Assembly: GCA_918797485.1 (NCBI GenBank)
Contig: CAKKNE010000001.1
Span: forward strand, 3,162,001 to 3,226,000
DNA length: 64,000 bases
Direction of reading: 5' to 3'
DNA from: Pelagomonas calceolata
Lineage: Eukaryota
Shown: piece by piece, positions 9,283-21,432 of the stretch
How positions within the stretch are numbered: position 1 is the first letter of the stretch
How the letters are laid out: each line of letters opens with the position of its first letter
The notes under the pieces: generated by a model
The model's database searches: none
Seen by the model: only the letters and a program-made list of their open reading frames with translations
What the model was told of the DNA's origin: nothing
Program-made: the position numbers and the translations under genes

Positions 9283-11406
9283 CTAGCGGTCCCAGAGCAG
9301 GCCCGAGCCCTGCGGCTGGCCGGGCTTCTGGGGCGCGCCGAGCAGCCCGGACCCGAAGGCGCCGCCGGGCACGAACTCCGGCGCGCCCGCGGCGTCGAAG
9401 GAGGACGACAGCTGCTGCTCCGAAGCGGCCTCGGGCCGGACGAGGCCGGCGCCGGGCACGAACTCCGCGCCGCCTAGAGTAGACGGGCCGTCGTGGCGCG
9501 GCGGCGCGTCGTCCTGGACGATGCCGATGCCGCCAAAAGAACCAGCACTCGAAGTGCGGGGAATGAACTCGGCCCCACCCAGAGCGGAAACAGCGGCCCT
9601 TTCGGGAGGCGGCGGCGCCGTGCTGAAGCCGCCGAAGGGCGCATACGACAAATTGCCCGGCGCCGCGTCAGATTGAGAGAAGACGCCGAGGCCGCGCGCG
9701 GGCTCGGGCGGGGACTGCTGCGACACGGGGCCCGGGGCTCTCCCTCGGTCGCCGACCTGTGCGTGGAATTGTGAGATTGGTATGAGTATGTATGACTCTC
9801 ACACAAAGACGAAGGGAGCGGTCGGGCTATGGGTGGAAGGTTGTCAGTCAGTAGTCAGACTCGAAAGATGGTGTTTGATTTCTGGGGTCGTCTTCCCGCT
9901 CGTAGTTGATACAACGACACTGAAACACACAGAGCCAGCAGAGGACGATCGCACGGGCGGGCCGGGCGCGAGCCGCTCCTGCTCGGCCTTCGCGGCGGCG
10001 GCGGCGGCGGCTTCCGCCCTTTTACGCCCGCCTCGACCGCGCTTCGACCTACGAGAAGGCTGGCCGTCAGCTAGGACGACGTCGCCGTTCTCGTGCTTGT
10101 ACAGAAAGCCTCGGGTGCGCGGCTGCCTCGCAGCCTTCTCCGCAGCTCTCTCAGCCTTCAACCTTTTGACAGTCTCCGCGTCCGCGTTCGATAGATCTTT
10201 AGGCAGCTCCGCAAGCTTCTTCTTCTCCTCCTTCTTCTGTACGATCGTTCCAGGTGCGGGTTTCGCGTCCGCGGGCCGCGCCAACAAGCGAACCTGCGGC
10301 GCCTCCTTCTTCGGAGCCGCGGCGTCGTCGATGACCCGCAAACCTCTTCCGCGCGTCTTCGGCGCCGGCGGCGGTCGCGACGAAGGATCGACATAACTCC
10401 CAGACTTGGGATCGAAGAGCTTCGGCTTCTCGCGGTTCGGGTGCCTATCATACCCATCACCTACTTTGAGCTGGTCCGGGTTCGGTTCCGAAGGTGGCGA
10501 GAACATGGAGGCGAAGGAGCGGCCGTCTCTAGTCGCCGCCCGTTCGATGGGCACGCCGGCATCCCGCAACGGTTCCCGCTCGACGGGCGGCGCCGGTACG
10601 CGCGCCCCGCGCTGCCACCGGTCATCCTCTTGTTGCTGGACCGGGGGAGGTCGCGCAGGTGGATGCGCCGCGCGCCGCTGGGCGTCCAGGCGCGCTAATC
10701 TTTCCGCGGCGCGCGCGCGTCGGGCATCGTCCTCGGCCTGCTCCTCGGCGCGACGTTTCGCCGCTCGCAACTGCGCCAACCGCTTCATGTAGTCGCTCTG
10801 GGACTCGCCTTGCAGTTTATCGGGCGGTTCACTCTTCGGGGACGTATTTGCGGGAGGCGGCGGCGGTTGCGTCGACTGCTCCATGCGTCGCTCGGCGTCC
10901 TGGGACCGGCGCCACTGGTGCTGCTGCTGGGGCGGCGACTCCGGTTTTACGGGAGGCGGTGGCGGCGGCTCCTCAACAGGAGGAGGAGCAGGCTTGGAAC
11001 TCCAAGCCGGCGCGCGCTCCTCGGGCGGCTTCGCGGCGTCGACGACGGCCTGCTTGGCCCAGGGCGCGACGGGCGGCTCCTTGTTGGCCGGCGGGGCGAG
11101 CCGTCTCGGTTCCGGTTCCGGCTCCGGTTGTTTCTCTTGGGCCCAGCCACCACCGCCGCTCGGAACTAGTTTGACGGAGACGTCCTGGCCGCCCGACTCG
11201 CGCCGCAGCGACGGCGTGTTCATGGGCACGGGCGCGGCAACCGTGTTCGTCTTCGAGGCCGCCGTCGGCTCGGGCCGCTTGCCGAGCACTAGCAATCTAC
11301 CGCCGCCGCCATACGCGCGCTGCGGCCGCGCCTGCTCGGGCTTGCGCGTCGCGCTGTTCAGGTTGCGGCTGGCGAAGGACTTGCGCGGTGGCGAGCGGAC
11401 CGTCAT
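9283..11406 (-). CDS. PRRC2/BAT2-N-like protein with C-terminal PAM2-like motifs; predicted intron 9954-9757
   Basis: APVPMNTPSLRRESGGQDVSVKLVPSGGGGW resembles BAT2_N. A 198-nt phase-0 GT-AG intron joins it to ORF 9283-9726, which carries GAEFIP, GAEFVP and APEFVP. Confidence 0.7.
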
Positions 11407-11962
11407 GGTTTCGGCTTTCGCTTTCGCTTTGCTCTCCTCAGCTCCTCAGGTGCAGCAGGGCTGTCCTCTGCGCGCGCCGCGCGGCGCCCCTCGTCGAGCG
11501 CGCCCCGGCCTCCTCGCACTGATGGGGCCGGGGGAACGCGCGCAGGAGTATTGGTATCGCCCCGTGGGGGCGTGCGCCGCCGTGCTTTGCGCTCGACCTC
11601 GCCCTCTCAGACTCGGCCTGCGCCTCCTTTCCTCTACACTTCCTCTCATCAATCCCGGGACAAGTCCCTGGGCGACCCGCGGCTTGTTTTGGGGGGCATT
11701 CGGGTCATGCTGCCAGTGTTAAGCATACTAGATTTCTTGGCCTTAGCCTCGCATTTTTTTTGCCACGGCACTTCGCGCAGGGCCACACGAGCTAGCACGG
11801 TTCTCACGAGTCGTCCAAATCCACCGCTGCGGCGAGCTGGCATAAGAAACGCCTCGCAAATAGAGCCACTCTCCACGAGCGGCCCAAACAAGCCAGCCTG
11901 CGGGAGAACGCAGCGGTACGAAGCTAGCCTGCGGGAGATCGCAGCGGTGCCGCGAAGAGCCC

Positions 11963-12358
11963 ATGGCCCTCTACACCGACCCCGCGACCGGAATCAGATA
12001 CGATACCTCGAACCCCGACCACAGCGGCTGGCTCACCAAACAAAGCGCGTGGCTCAGGGATTGGAGAAGGCGCCATTTCATTTTGAAACAATCCAAACTC
12101 TTCTTCAGCAAGCACGAAGGGAGTCCGCCCCACGGCATGATTGACCTAGCGCGGTGCATGACGGTGAAGAGCGCGGAGTTCAAAGCCAGGAGGCGCCATG
12201 CGTTGGAAGTCTCAACACAAGACACCACATACTTGATGTGCGCGGACACGGAGAAGGAGAAGGACGACTGGATCGGGGCCATCGGGCGCGCCATCGTGCG
12301 CTGCTCGGCCACGTTCACGAACGACGACGGCATGGACGGCGCGTCGGACGACGACTAG
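11963..12358 (+). CDS. Stand-alone pleckstrin homology (PH) domain protein (AtPH1-like)
   Basis: HSGWLTKQSAWLRDWRRRHFIL...GMIDL...EKDDWIGAI. Confidence 0.92.
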   Translation: MALYTDPATGIRYDTSNPDHSGWLTKQSAWLRDWRRRHFILKQSKLFFSKHEGSPPHGMIDLARCMTVKSAEFKARRRHALEVSTQDTTYLMCADTEKEKDDWIGAIGRAIVRCSATFTNDDGMDGASDDD

Positions 12359-13082
12359 TCCCTGGTGTGTTCCTCCTTTCTCCCCCTGTAAATTGAGTTC
12401 TTCGGTACGCCGTCGGTGCCGCGGCGATGGCGTGGCTACTAGGCTACCCCCTCCCCTTGAATAAGTTGCTGGTCCATCATGTCGCGCGGCCCGGGTATTC
12501 GCGTGTCGTGGTGGAGGCGTAGTCTTTGTAAAGTTTTATAATGCAGGGCTCGCTCCGCACGAGCTCGCGCCGCGCCCTGATTGTTGTTGAAAGTCCCTCC
12601 ACCATGGCTAAAGACAGAGGAGATTAGCTAGCGGCATAAGTCACTAGCAAGCAAACAAGCCGACAAAACGCTCGTCTCGGCCGTGTGCCGCGCGCACCGA
12701 GCCCGCAGCGAGGCTAGGCTAGAAAAAATGATTTTTAGAAAAAATTCAACAATATGGACAACATCGAAGCTGGCTGGCTGTTGCTTTCTGGCGTTCTGCG
12801 CGTGTACGCAGCTCCTCGCGGCGCAGCGCTCAAACAGGCGCGTGGCCCGCGTCCTACAGCCAAGGTCGCCTGCTTGCGAAATTTTTAGCCGCGCGCGTCC
12901 GCGGACGGCGCTGTTTGTGGCTATCAGACTGTTGCTCCTCTGAGCCGCGGCCATGCACGAGAGAGGCAGGACAGAGAGGCCCAGATCACGAACGTACCAC
13001 GCCCGCAGGTCGCGCGCCGCCGTCGTGGGCCGCGTCGCCCTCTCGACAAGCATATACCGAGACGCGCGCGACGACGTAGACG

Positions 13083-15327
13083 ATGTCTTCCTCGGCGCCT
13101 GTTATGGAGACGACCTCTGTGGGCTACTACATCGTCGGGAAGTACGTCCAAGTATTCATCAAGGAGCACGGCTTGGTCACGGGTCTCGTGAACGAGTACA
13201 TCCCCCTGGTGGAGACGTACGAGCTCGTCTTCGACTTCGGCACCACGTACATGAAACTAGAGCCGCCCGTCTATGTATTGAACGGCCCAGTCGTAACCAA
13301 AATGTACGACACCGACTCCGACGACGAGTTACAGGCCGCCGCGGGCCGGCTTCTGGCCCAGCCGGCCGAGGACGGGTGGATCAAACCCACCGAGGCGCTA
13401 CTCGCAGCGAAGGAGCAGAGCCCCTTCTTCTGGCCGTCCGCGGGGGCCGGGAAGTTGTCGGTCGCGGACGAGGATGGGTGGTTCCAGCCCAACATATTTT
13501 TACAGAGGGAGAGACAACGCCCCTCCATCAAAGACGGCGGCGACGTCGTCGTCCAAGTCCCGGGCAAAGCAGCTCTCGTCCGCGGCATCCTGGAGTCCTC
13601 CGAGGACGAGGACGAGGACGTCGAAGAATTAGTGGAGAAAGTGCAAACAATGAAGAAGCCGGCGTTGCGCGCGGCGTGCACCAAACACGAGCTCTGGAGC
13701 TCCGAACTGGTGCAAGCACGTGCGACGGTGCCCGAGATGAAGGAGGCCCTAGTTAGGTTTCTCAAGACCGGAGAGAAGGGTGCCAAGTCGGAACACACTC
13801 AGAAGGCCGAGGAAACCAGTAAAGCCACGGCTGCGTTCTTCCAATTAGCAAGTGTTGTGGCCATCACTTCTACAATCAGCAATTTCAATCCCAAGAACAA
13901 AGATCATGCGGAATGCTTCATGAAGCAGTATCGCAAAAAACATGGTAAAGGTCCGACTCAGAGCAGAAAATAAACTTGAACGTGATGCGGTCGCCGCGAC
14001 GCGTCGAGCGCGGTCCTAGGAGCGTCTGCACGCGTCGTGAGACGCGGTCGTCGCGACGGCCTTCGACGTGGCCGCCGTGATGGCGTCGAGCGGGTCGCGA
14101 GAATATTGTGATTCGTGAGACGCGACCGCGAGAGCGCCTACGCGCGTCGCGAGGGCTGAGGCGGTCCGGGAACGCTTCGTTCCGCGCGCAGGTCCTGCCA
14201 ATAGGTGTGACGCCGTGTCCATCAACGGCCAGTTGTGGAACATGAGCCTCTATAGTAGATGTGGGCTGCTTCTGGAGCGGGCCAAGGAGCGGCGCGCTGA
14301 CATGACGTCCGAGAAGCGCCAGGGAGTTAGAGACGCCTTCAACAAGTATCATCACGAGGTCACGAAACCGAAGCGGGCCCGCGAGGGCAAGCCTTTGCGC
14401 AACGCCGGTGCTGGTAGTCCTAAAGCCAGTGCTGCCATGGACTGGGAGGTCAACAAGATTTGCCAAGAGATGTGCAATGAGGGCGATGACGATTTAGCGT
14501 TCGACTTGTACTGGGGGGTCGCTGGCGCGCCGTCGATAGATCCCAAGGAAAGGACCTTTGGTTGTCGTGATGCTCTTTTCGCGGCGATGGCGTTGTTACT
14601 CGTTACTGCCTACGCTTTGAACTTGGGTCTGGCCATCGTCGATGGCGAGGGCCCTACTATTGGAGACATCGCTATGTTTTATGAAATTGGCGGGTGCTGG
14701 GGTTATTTTCAGGACGGTATGGAGAGCGTCGTCACCGATTTGTTATCTTCTCGCTATCTTCCAAAGACGCCCCATTTCTTTGATGGGGGCCGCACCTACA
14801 ACTTCCGCACCCCATTAGCAGACAATCGCGCCGGAGAATTGGGCGGCTTCTTCTCGCAGCTAGGCGCCTGGCTCGCGAAGGGCGGCTCCATTCTCGGTTT
14901 CTGGGGCGGCGGCGATGGTAAATTCATCGACGCTCATCATCACTCGAATGCTACTGTCCTCAATCTATTGCTCGTCATGCGCTTCATCCTCGGCCTCGAA
15001 TTGAACGGCGCCGTCCCGGTGGGCCACCCCCTTTACTTATGTCGCGACGGTATCAGTCTCTCGACCGATTTAATTGGACGCGTCTTCTGCCCCAAGCTCG
15101 CCCAGTCCGAAAATTTCAAGCCACACTTCGGCGACTACGACGCCGTCGTGACGCGAATTTTTGTTTGCGGTGTTTTAGCGGCGCGCCAGCGGGCCCTCAA
15201 AAACCCGTCGCGCAAGTTAATCTGGAAAGGAAAGGAGTTGGACGTGGTCGCGTTGCGCGCGGCCTGGGAGTCGTCCAAGTACTCCGACTACAAGACCAAG
15301 CGACGAAACAAGCGCCGGCGCACGTGA
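13083..15327 (+). CDS. Orphan protein with SAP-like motif and basic C-terminal NLS; probably two exons (intron about 13951-14191)
   Basis: ORFs 13083-13973 and 14215-15327 join in frame through a phase-1 GT (13945 or 13951) to AG (14191) intron; contains MKKPALRAAC...VPEMKEALVRFL and ends KTKRRNKRRRT. Confidence 0.5.
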
Positions 15328-15730
15328 GCGTCATGGCCTTCGGTTTCTGAATTCGCGGAGCTATTTTCATGCGTTGTCATTACATCGAATTGAAGCTCAA
15401 ATTAGATCATCCGCGACGTGCGTTTCACGTCGCGACGGCAGCCGCTCCGTTCGCGCTGCCGCTCTTAGCGGCCACGTCGGGCCTTCGTCGTTGGCGCTGA
15501 GCATTCAATAGCGCGGAGGATACCGCGTAAAACCTATATTATACATCGCACCTGGTACGCGCCGCGCCTCGTGGCCCGCGGGAGCCGGCGGCCGGCGACC
15601 GCGTCCGACGCGCTCCTCCTCGCGTCCTACGGCGGCGGCGGCGGCGGCGCGGCGCCGCATAGCGCGTGGCGCGCGATAGCGCTGGGCTTCACAGCTGGGG
15701 CATTGGCAGCGGTTCTGAGGCACTAAAACA

Positions 15731-17227
15731 TCATGTCCTTACGTGGTTGGGCGCGTCCAGATCCGGAGCCCACGCGATATCGCGCGCCGCCGCCGCTGCC
15801 GCGACGGCGCGCCACGCGTCGCCCTCGGTCGGCAGGAGCCGCCAGTTCGGGGGCAGCGCCCGCGCGAGCGCCCGGCGCAGGCCGGGGAGTTGTGCTGAGC
15901 CGCCGGCCAGACTTACAGAAGCGACGTCCTTTGTGCAGATACTCCGCGCGAGCCCGACGAGGCCCTTCACTCCTTCAAGGTCTTCGCCCAGGGCGGCCTC
16001 GAGGGCGTCGCCGCCGCGGCGCGGGTCCATCAAGACCTCAACGCAGGACGCGGCCTCGTCTTTTGATTTGAGTGCCTCGGCTCTAGCAAGAGACGATAAA
16101 CCGTAGGGGTCCGCGTCCTCCAAATTCAGCTGCACGAACCGCGTCAGCGCGGCGCCCGCGAGGCGCTGGTGCGCGCATCTCCGTTTCGTGGAGGCGCTAC
16201 ATCGGAACAGCCCGACGTCGATGGCCACGTCGGCGTTTAGTGGAGGGTCCACGACCTGAAACCGTCGGCAGTCGTCCAGGGCCCGCGCCGCGGCGCGCTC
16301 GAAGGCTTGCCTCTCGCAGGCCGGCGGTCGTATCAAGACGACGGAGACGCCCTTGAGTGAACGCAGTCCAATGCTTTCGCGCGCGGCCGTCACGAGCCGC
16401 CTCAATAGAGACGGGTCTTGTAGGAGTAATTCTTGGCGTTTGACGGACGGCGGCGGTAAGGATGAGGCGTCTCCATCTGAAAGTTCGAGCGTCGACCGCA
16501 CCGTATCATAGTAGAGAGGAATATAATGAGGCGCGCCGGTCGCCGCGCCTGCTCGAATACAGCCCATGCCGACCTCGACGACCAACCCGCGATCCCTCAA
16601 GTCCGCGGATAAACGAAACGCGTCCTTGTAGGGTGTTGAAGAGCTTAAATCCGGCGCGACGTCGCACCCACTACTATCACACAGCGACCGCCACAGGCCC
16701 TCGGCCGCGGGCGCGAGCCAGCTCGTACATTGTTTGGACAGCTCCGTCGTGATCTGGAGCACGCGGCGGACGTCCACATCCAGAAATTCGAGCGACAGTA
16801 AGAACGCGTCGGCGTCGGCTTCAAACAGATAACAGGGCGCGCCGGGCCGCGGCTTTCGGGAAGCCCCCGGCGGCGGCCGCGGCGTATTACCTGAAGGCGG
16901 CCGCCAGATTTGTTTTGGCGGCGGCTTTGGGGGTGATGGCGCTTTTTTTACGGCGAGCGCCGGGACCTTGGGTTTTTGGCGCTCGCGCCGCCGCAGCAGT
17001 GGGGTCGGCGCCGAGATCGTAGGTTTACGCCGAGCAGCGACGAGGCCGTCCGGGATCGCCGCTTCGTTGAGCGCATAGTAGGCCGAGGCCCGCTCGACCT
17101 CGAGGCGCGTCGCCTGGGCGCGCGTCTTGCGGCGCGGCCTCGCCGCTTCCAGGCGCTCGAAGGCGGCCCGGCGCCAGGCTGCTCCGGGGCTGCGCTGCGT
17201 CTTCGTCGGGGCGACCTTGGCGTCCAT
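15731..17227 (-). CDS. Divergent actin-related protein with an F-box-like segment
   Basis: Actin-fold motifs LVVEVGMGCIRAG, VAIDVG and VSLAGGSAQLPGLRRAL; upstream FLLSLEFLD...EGLWRSLC; ATG at 17227. Confidence 0.6.
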   Translation of the reverse strand: MDAKVAPTKTQRSPGAAWRRAAFERLEAARPRRKTRAQATRLEVERASAYYALNEAAIPDGLVAARRKPTISAPTPLLRRRERQKPKVPALAVKKAPSPPKPPPKQIWRPPSGNTPRPPPGASRKPRPGAPCYLFEADADAFLLSLEFLDVDVRRVLQITTELSKQCTSWLAPAAEGLWRSLCDSSGCDVAPDLSSSTPYKDAFRLSADLRDRGLVVEVGMGCIRAGAATGAPHYIPLYYDTVRSTLELSDGDASSLPPPSVKRQELLLQDPSLLRRLVTAARESIGLRSLKGVSVVLIRPPACERQAFERAAARALDDCRRFQVVDPPLNADVAIDVGLFRCSASTKRRCAHQRLAGAALTRFVQLNLEDADPYGLSSLARAEALKSKDEAASCVEVLMDPRRGGDALEAALGEDLEGVKGLVGLARSICTKDVASVSLAGGSAQLPGLRRALARALPPNWRLLPTEGDAWRAVAAAAAARDIAWAPDLDAPNHVRT

Positions 17228-17740
17228 GGTTTTGCGTTGATCTGTACAAAATCTGTGGTTGGCAAGCCCCCCTGCTATGTGCTGCTGTGCCAGGGCTGCC
17301 CCCGCCGGTCGGGCTGCCGCCTCAGCGTGACCGCGGGTCGCACGAATGTCCCGCGCGCACGAATCTCGCCGCGTACGGGCCAGGCTAATCGGACGGGCGC
17401 TATTCGCGCTACCACCTTCGGCGCTCGGCGCTCCATGCAACGATGATGGCTCGCGGCACCGAGGCCCGCTCGAGCCAGTACTGCGAGCGGTCCGGCGGGC
17501 GCGGCTGGCCGGGGTATTGGCTGGGGTTGGCCATATATTTTGCGTGCGGGTCTGATGTTAGGCTCGCGCGCGCGTCGCGCGAGCGGCGACGACGCGCGGT
17601 GTGTCTCCCCCCAGGGGCTCCGCCCACTAGTCCTAGCACCGTAAAATTTTAGCGACGGATAACGACGACGACGACGGCGGTGCTATAGCCCAGACGCCGT
17701 CGACGCGACCCGACGAGAGGAGAGACAGGCACGAAGTTAC

Positions 17741-20233
17741 TCATCGAGAGTTGAACGGCAGCTCGATGTTCATGAGCCGGTCAATATTGGACGACACCGA
17801 CGCCATGCAGCCCCGCGCCGCGAAGGACGCGCGGGGAACGACGTCGACCGCGCAACCGCCGCTCCCGCGCTGCTCGTAGTACGCGTTCGACTGCTGGAGC
17901 GCGTCGCACTGCTGGCGCAGGTGCTCGGCTTCCGATCTAGCCCTTCGCAGCTCAATAGCGTGCGCGGCCTCCAACTCTTTGATGCGGCGGCCGTCGTCGC
18001 GTTGCACGGGCGCCGCCTTTGGTTTAGCCGGTTCAGAGGACGCCCCCCACTTCGCCTGGAGGACCGCGGCCTCCTTGTCCGCGCGGTGTCTCAATTCTAG
18101 ATCCTCCCGCGTCGCCCGCAACTCCCGCGCGTGCGCGTCCGCGGCTTGTTTAAGCCTGGCCTCGAGGTCGTTGCACTTCGCTTCCAGGGACTTGCGCGCG
18201 GCGTCCGCTCTATCTATTTTGCTGGAGAGGGCCTCCGCATCACGCTTCTGCGCGGCCAGGGCTTCTTCGTGGACCGCCTCGAGCTTGCGTGTCGAAGCCT
18301 CGTGCGTCTCCTGCAAGGAGTCGGCCTGCGCCTCCAATGCTTTCGTTTGCGCCGCTTGCAAGGATTGCGTCAGCGCCGCCCGCGCCGTCGCCGCGTCGTC
18401 GTTCGCCTTCGTTACTGCCTCGGCCACCTTTGTGGCACTCGTCACGGCGTGCTCCTCTGATGCCTTCGATAACGCTGTCGCGACGGCCTCCTCCTGCGCG
18501 ACGGCCGCGTCGTCCAAGGCCTCGGAGTGCTTCGCTTGGGCCGCCTCCAGGGCCTTCTGACTACTCTCCGCGTCCGCGCGCGCCTTGCCGACTTTTCTTT
18601 CAACATCCGCCAGAACACTCTCGTGCTTCTGCGTCAAGTCTTCGAGGGCCTCCCGCTTCTCGTTCTGGAAGAGGTCGCCGGCCGCCGCGAGGGCGTCCTC
18701 CAGAGCTTTTACTCTCTTGGCCGCTTCACTCAACGCCTTCTCGCTCTCCGCGCTCGCTTCACTCAACGCGGCCGCGACCGCTTGCTCCTTATCATCTGAA
18801 GCCGCACCTAGCTTCGTCTCCAGTTCAGCAATCTTCGTCTTGGCAGCGGCCTCCGCCTTGGACGACGCCTCGGCGGCCGCGGCCTCGGCGGCCGCGGCCC
18901 GCTCTTCCTCAGCCTTAACTCGCGCCGCCTTCAACGCCTCGGCCGCCTCCGATTCCGCCTGCTTGCGACCCTCGGCGAGCGCCTCCTCCCGCGCCTTGGC
19001 TACTTTATCTTTCAACTTGCCCAGGAGCTCGTCCCTTGTTTTCTTGGAGGCCTCCGCCGCGGCTTCTTCCGCCCTCTTCGCCGACTCGGCAGCACAGGCC
19101 TTGTCGAAGTCGCTCTTGAACCCTGCGAGCTGGTCGTCCTTCTCCTTGAGTAGACCCTCAAAGACTTGGGCGGCCTCGCCCTTCTCGCGCTCGAAGCTAG
19201 CGATGGCTTGTTCCGAAGCCTGCTGGATCTCTTGGAGTTTAGCTTCCAAAGCCTGGATTTGAGATTGGGCCTCATCTTTGGCAGCTTGTTCTCGTTCTGC
19301 GATCAATTTCTGGGCGTCGGCAATTGCATCTTGCTTAGCTTTTTGCACTTTTTCTTTCAGCTTGCCGATGAGGTGCTGGCGGACCTCGGCCTCCTTGGCG
19401 TCGACGGCGGCTTTGAGAGCGTCGGAGCCGCCGCCCTCGAGTGCTTTGATGCGCGCCTCGAGTGTTTTCGTTTCGGCTTCTGCAGCAGCAGCAGCAGCTC
19501 GTAACGTCTCCGCTCGTGCCGACGCTTCCTTTTCTTTTTCATCAGCTCTGGCTATGAGCTCGCTCGCTGCCTTCGACTTGGTCTCGAACTGGGCGACGAG
19601 CTTGGCTTCCTTTTGCTTGAGCTTGCCCTTGAACTCCTCGACGAGCGCCGCCCGGATCGCGGCCGCGTCGGGCGCTTGAGCGGTGGCTTTCTCGGCCAGA
19701 CCGCGCTCGCGCATGATGTCTTGGTGGGCCGCCTCCCGTAATTCCGTTTCTCGTGTTGCGGCGTCTCTTTTGAACTGCTCCAGCGCCTCGGACGCGTCGG
19801 CTAGAGCTTTTGCTTTGGACGTCTCTGCAGCATCCAAAGCTGCTTGGAGACGCGATAGCTCCTGCTGGAGCGGCGCGGCTCCCGCCTGGCGCGCGGCCTC
19901 GAGCTCGCTCTGTAAGGACGCGACCGTGGCCTGGTGCGCTTTTGTGACTTTCGCGAGCTGTTCATCTAGAGACGACGCGTCGCCCTCGGCCCTCTGGCTT
20001 AATTCATGAATCTTGGCCAAAGCTTCGGCCTCGGCTTTGCGCGCGGCGGCGTTCTCTCGTTCTAGTTCTTCTATTCTAAGTACAGCGTCGGTGCGCGACG
20101 GCGGCGGCGGCGGCGCGGCGCCGTCGCCCGGCTCGTCGAACGAGCCCTCGGGCGACGCGGTCGCGGGCTCCTTCGTTTTCTTCTTGTTGCGGTTGCGTCG
20201 CGCCCCGCGCCGCACTTTCGCGGCGTCGGCCAT
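17741..20233 (-). CDS. Long coiled-coil protein (830 aa)
   Basis: A/E/K-rich heptad sequence throughout, with the repeated unit L.GKLK(E/D)KV. Confidence 0.8.
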   Translation of the reverse strand: MADAAKVRRGARRNRNKKKTKEPATASPEGSFDEPGDGAAPPPPPSRTDAVLRIEELERENAAARKAEAEALAKIHELSQRAEGDASSLDEQLAKVTKAHQATVASLQSELEAARQAGAAPLQQELSRLQAALDAAETSKAKALADASEALEQFKRDAATRETELREAAHQDIMRERGLAEKATAQAPDAAAIRAALVEEFKGKLKQKEAKLVAQFETKSKAASELIARADEKEKEASARAETLRAAAAAAEAETKTLEARIKALEGGGSDALKAAVDAKEAEVRQHLIGKLKEKVQKAKQDAIADAQKLIAEREQAAKDEAQSQIQALEAKLQEIQQASEQAIASFEREKGEAAQVFEGLLKEKDDQLAGFKSDFDKACAAESAKRAEEAAAEASKKTRDELLGKLKDKVAKAREEALAEGRKQAESEAAEALKAARVKAEEERAAAAEAAAAEASSKAEAAAKTKIAELETKLGAASDDKEQAVAAALSEASAESEKALSEAAKRVKALEDALAAAGDLFQNEKREALEDLTQKHESVLADVERKVGKARADAESSQKALEAAQAKHSEALDDAAVAQEEAVATALSKASEEHAVTSATKVAEAVTKANDDAATARAALTQSLQAAQTKALEAQADSLQETHEASTRKLEAVHEEALAAQKRDAEALSSKIDRADAARKSLEAKCNDLEARLKQAADAHARELRATREDLELRHRADKEAAVLQAKWGASSEPAKPKAAPVQRDDGRRIKELEAAHAIELRRARSEAEHLRQQCDALQQSNAYYEQRGSGGCAVDVVPRASFAARGCMASVSSNIDRLMNIELPFNSR

Positions 20234-20643
20234 CGTTTGGCACTGACTGTTGGGAGGAGCTCTGCTCGGCTGCTGGCGCTGGCGGCTCCTCGCTGGATGT
20301 TGCGCAGGGTCACAGCTACTGCGGGGAAACTGTCTTGGCGACTCAAGGTGGTTCTACGTCCTTAAAACCGCGCAAACGAGTCCCGGAGCCTGGGAGGGCT
20401 AGCGTAGCACTCATACTAGCAAAAGTAGACGGGGGGCTTACGCGGCACAGCTTGCCGCATCAGTCGAGAAGAGCACAGCCAGGTGTTGCCCAGGGTTCCT
20501 CGCAGCAAGGCTGAGCCAGCTGCAGACCCGCCCGCAACGCAGCAGGCCCGCTGCAGCCTGAGCCACAGCAGCCCTCCTGCGTCGCCCGCGGACAGCGGCG
20601 CGCGAACACAGAGCCAGCCGTCGCGGCACGTCACACGACAAGC

Positions 20644-21165
20644 ATGGCCGTCACGCTCCACACGCAGCTCGGCGACCTCAAAGTGGAATTAAGATGCGAC
20701 ACCGCACCTAGATGTTCGTTCAATTTCTTAGCCTTGGCGGCGTCCGGCACGTACGACGGCACGCCCTTCCACCGGCTCATGCCGGGCTTCATGGTCCAGG
20801 GCGGCGACCCGGCCGGCACGGGCAAGGGCGGCCAATCCATCTGGGGCGGCACCTTTGGGGATGAGTTTCACCCGGACAACGCGCACGATTCAAGAGGTGT
20901 GTTATCGATGGCCAACAAGGGGCCCGACACGAATCGGTCGCAGTTCTTTTTTACGTTTGGCCCGCAGCCCCACCTGAACGACAAGTACTCCGTGTTCGGG
21001 CACCTGGTCGACGGTTTTGAAACGTTAGACGCTTTGGAAAAGCTGCCCGTGGGCAAGAAGCACCGGCCCGTCACCGAAGTGACGATCGACCGGGTCACGA
21101 TCCACGCGAACCCGTTCGCGGAGCGGGACATGGTCATCCGGTCGCCGGACGGCGCGGTGGACTAA
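20644..21165 (+). CDS. PPIL3: Cyclophilin-type peptidyl-prolyl isomerase, PPIL3-like
   Basis: MAVTLHTQLGDLKVEL, FHRLMPGFMVQGGDP, GVLSMANKGPDTNRSQFF, VTIHANPFA. Confidence 0.92.
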   Translation: MAVTLHTQLGDLKVELRCDTAPRCSFNFLALAASGTYDGTPFHRLMPGFMVQGGDPAGTGKGGQSIWGGTFGDEFHPDNAHDSRGVLSMANKGPDTNRSQFFFTFGPQPHLNDKYSVFGHLVDGFETLDALEKLPVGKKHRPVTEVTIDRVTIHANPFAERDMVIRSPDGAVD

Positions 21166-21432
21166 GTTTTGTGTGTCATTGTCTAGCATCCCTGTTGTGG
21201 ATTCTGTGTTCTCGTGGAGGTGCCTCGCCTCGACGGCGTGGAGCGAAAGCGCTCCTAGTTAGTGACGGGTTTTTCAAGGTAATCACGGATTGCAAGCGGC
21301 GTCAGCGTGCTCGCGCCTTGGAGAACACCGTCGTATCATACATATATCGTTCCCTCCATCCGTATCGATTTGACGGCAAGAGGAGTGGTTGATCAACAAC
21401 TTTGAGCACTCACTGCAACTGGCCAGTCTTAG

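Noticed and set aside
9757..9954. 198-nt intron as a third introner copy
   Set aside because: Length is similar, but there is no matching TIR pair, TSD or internal similarity.
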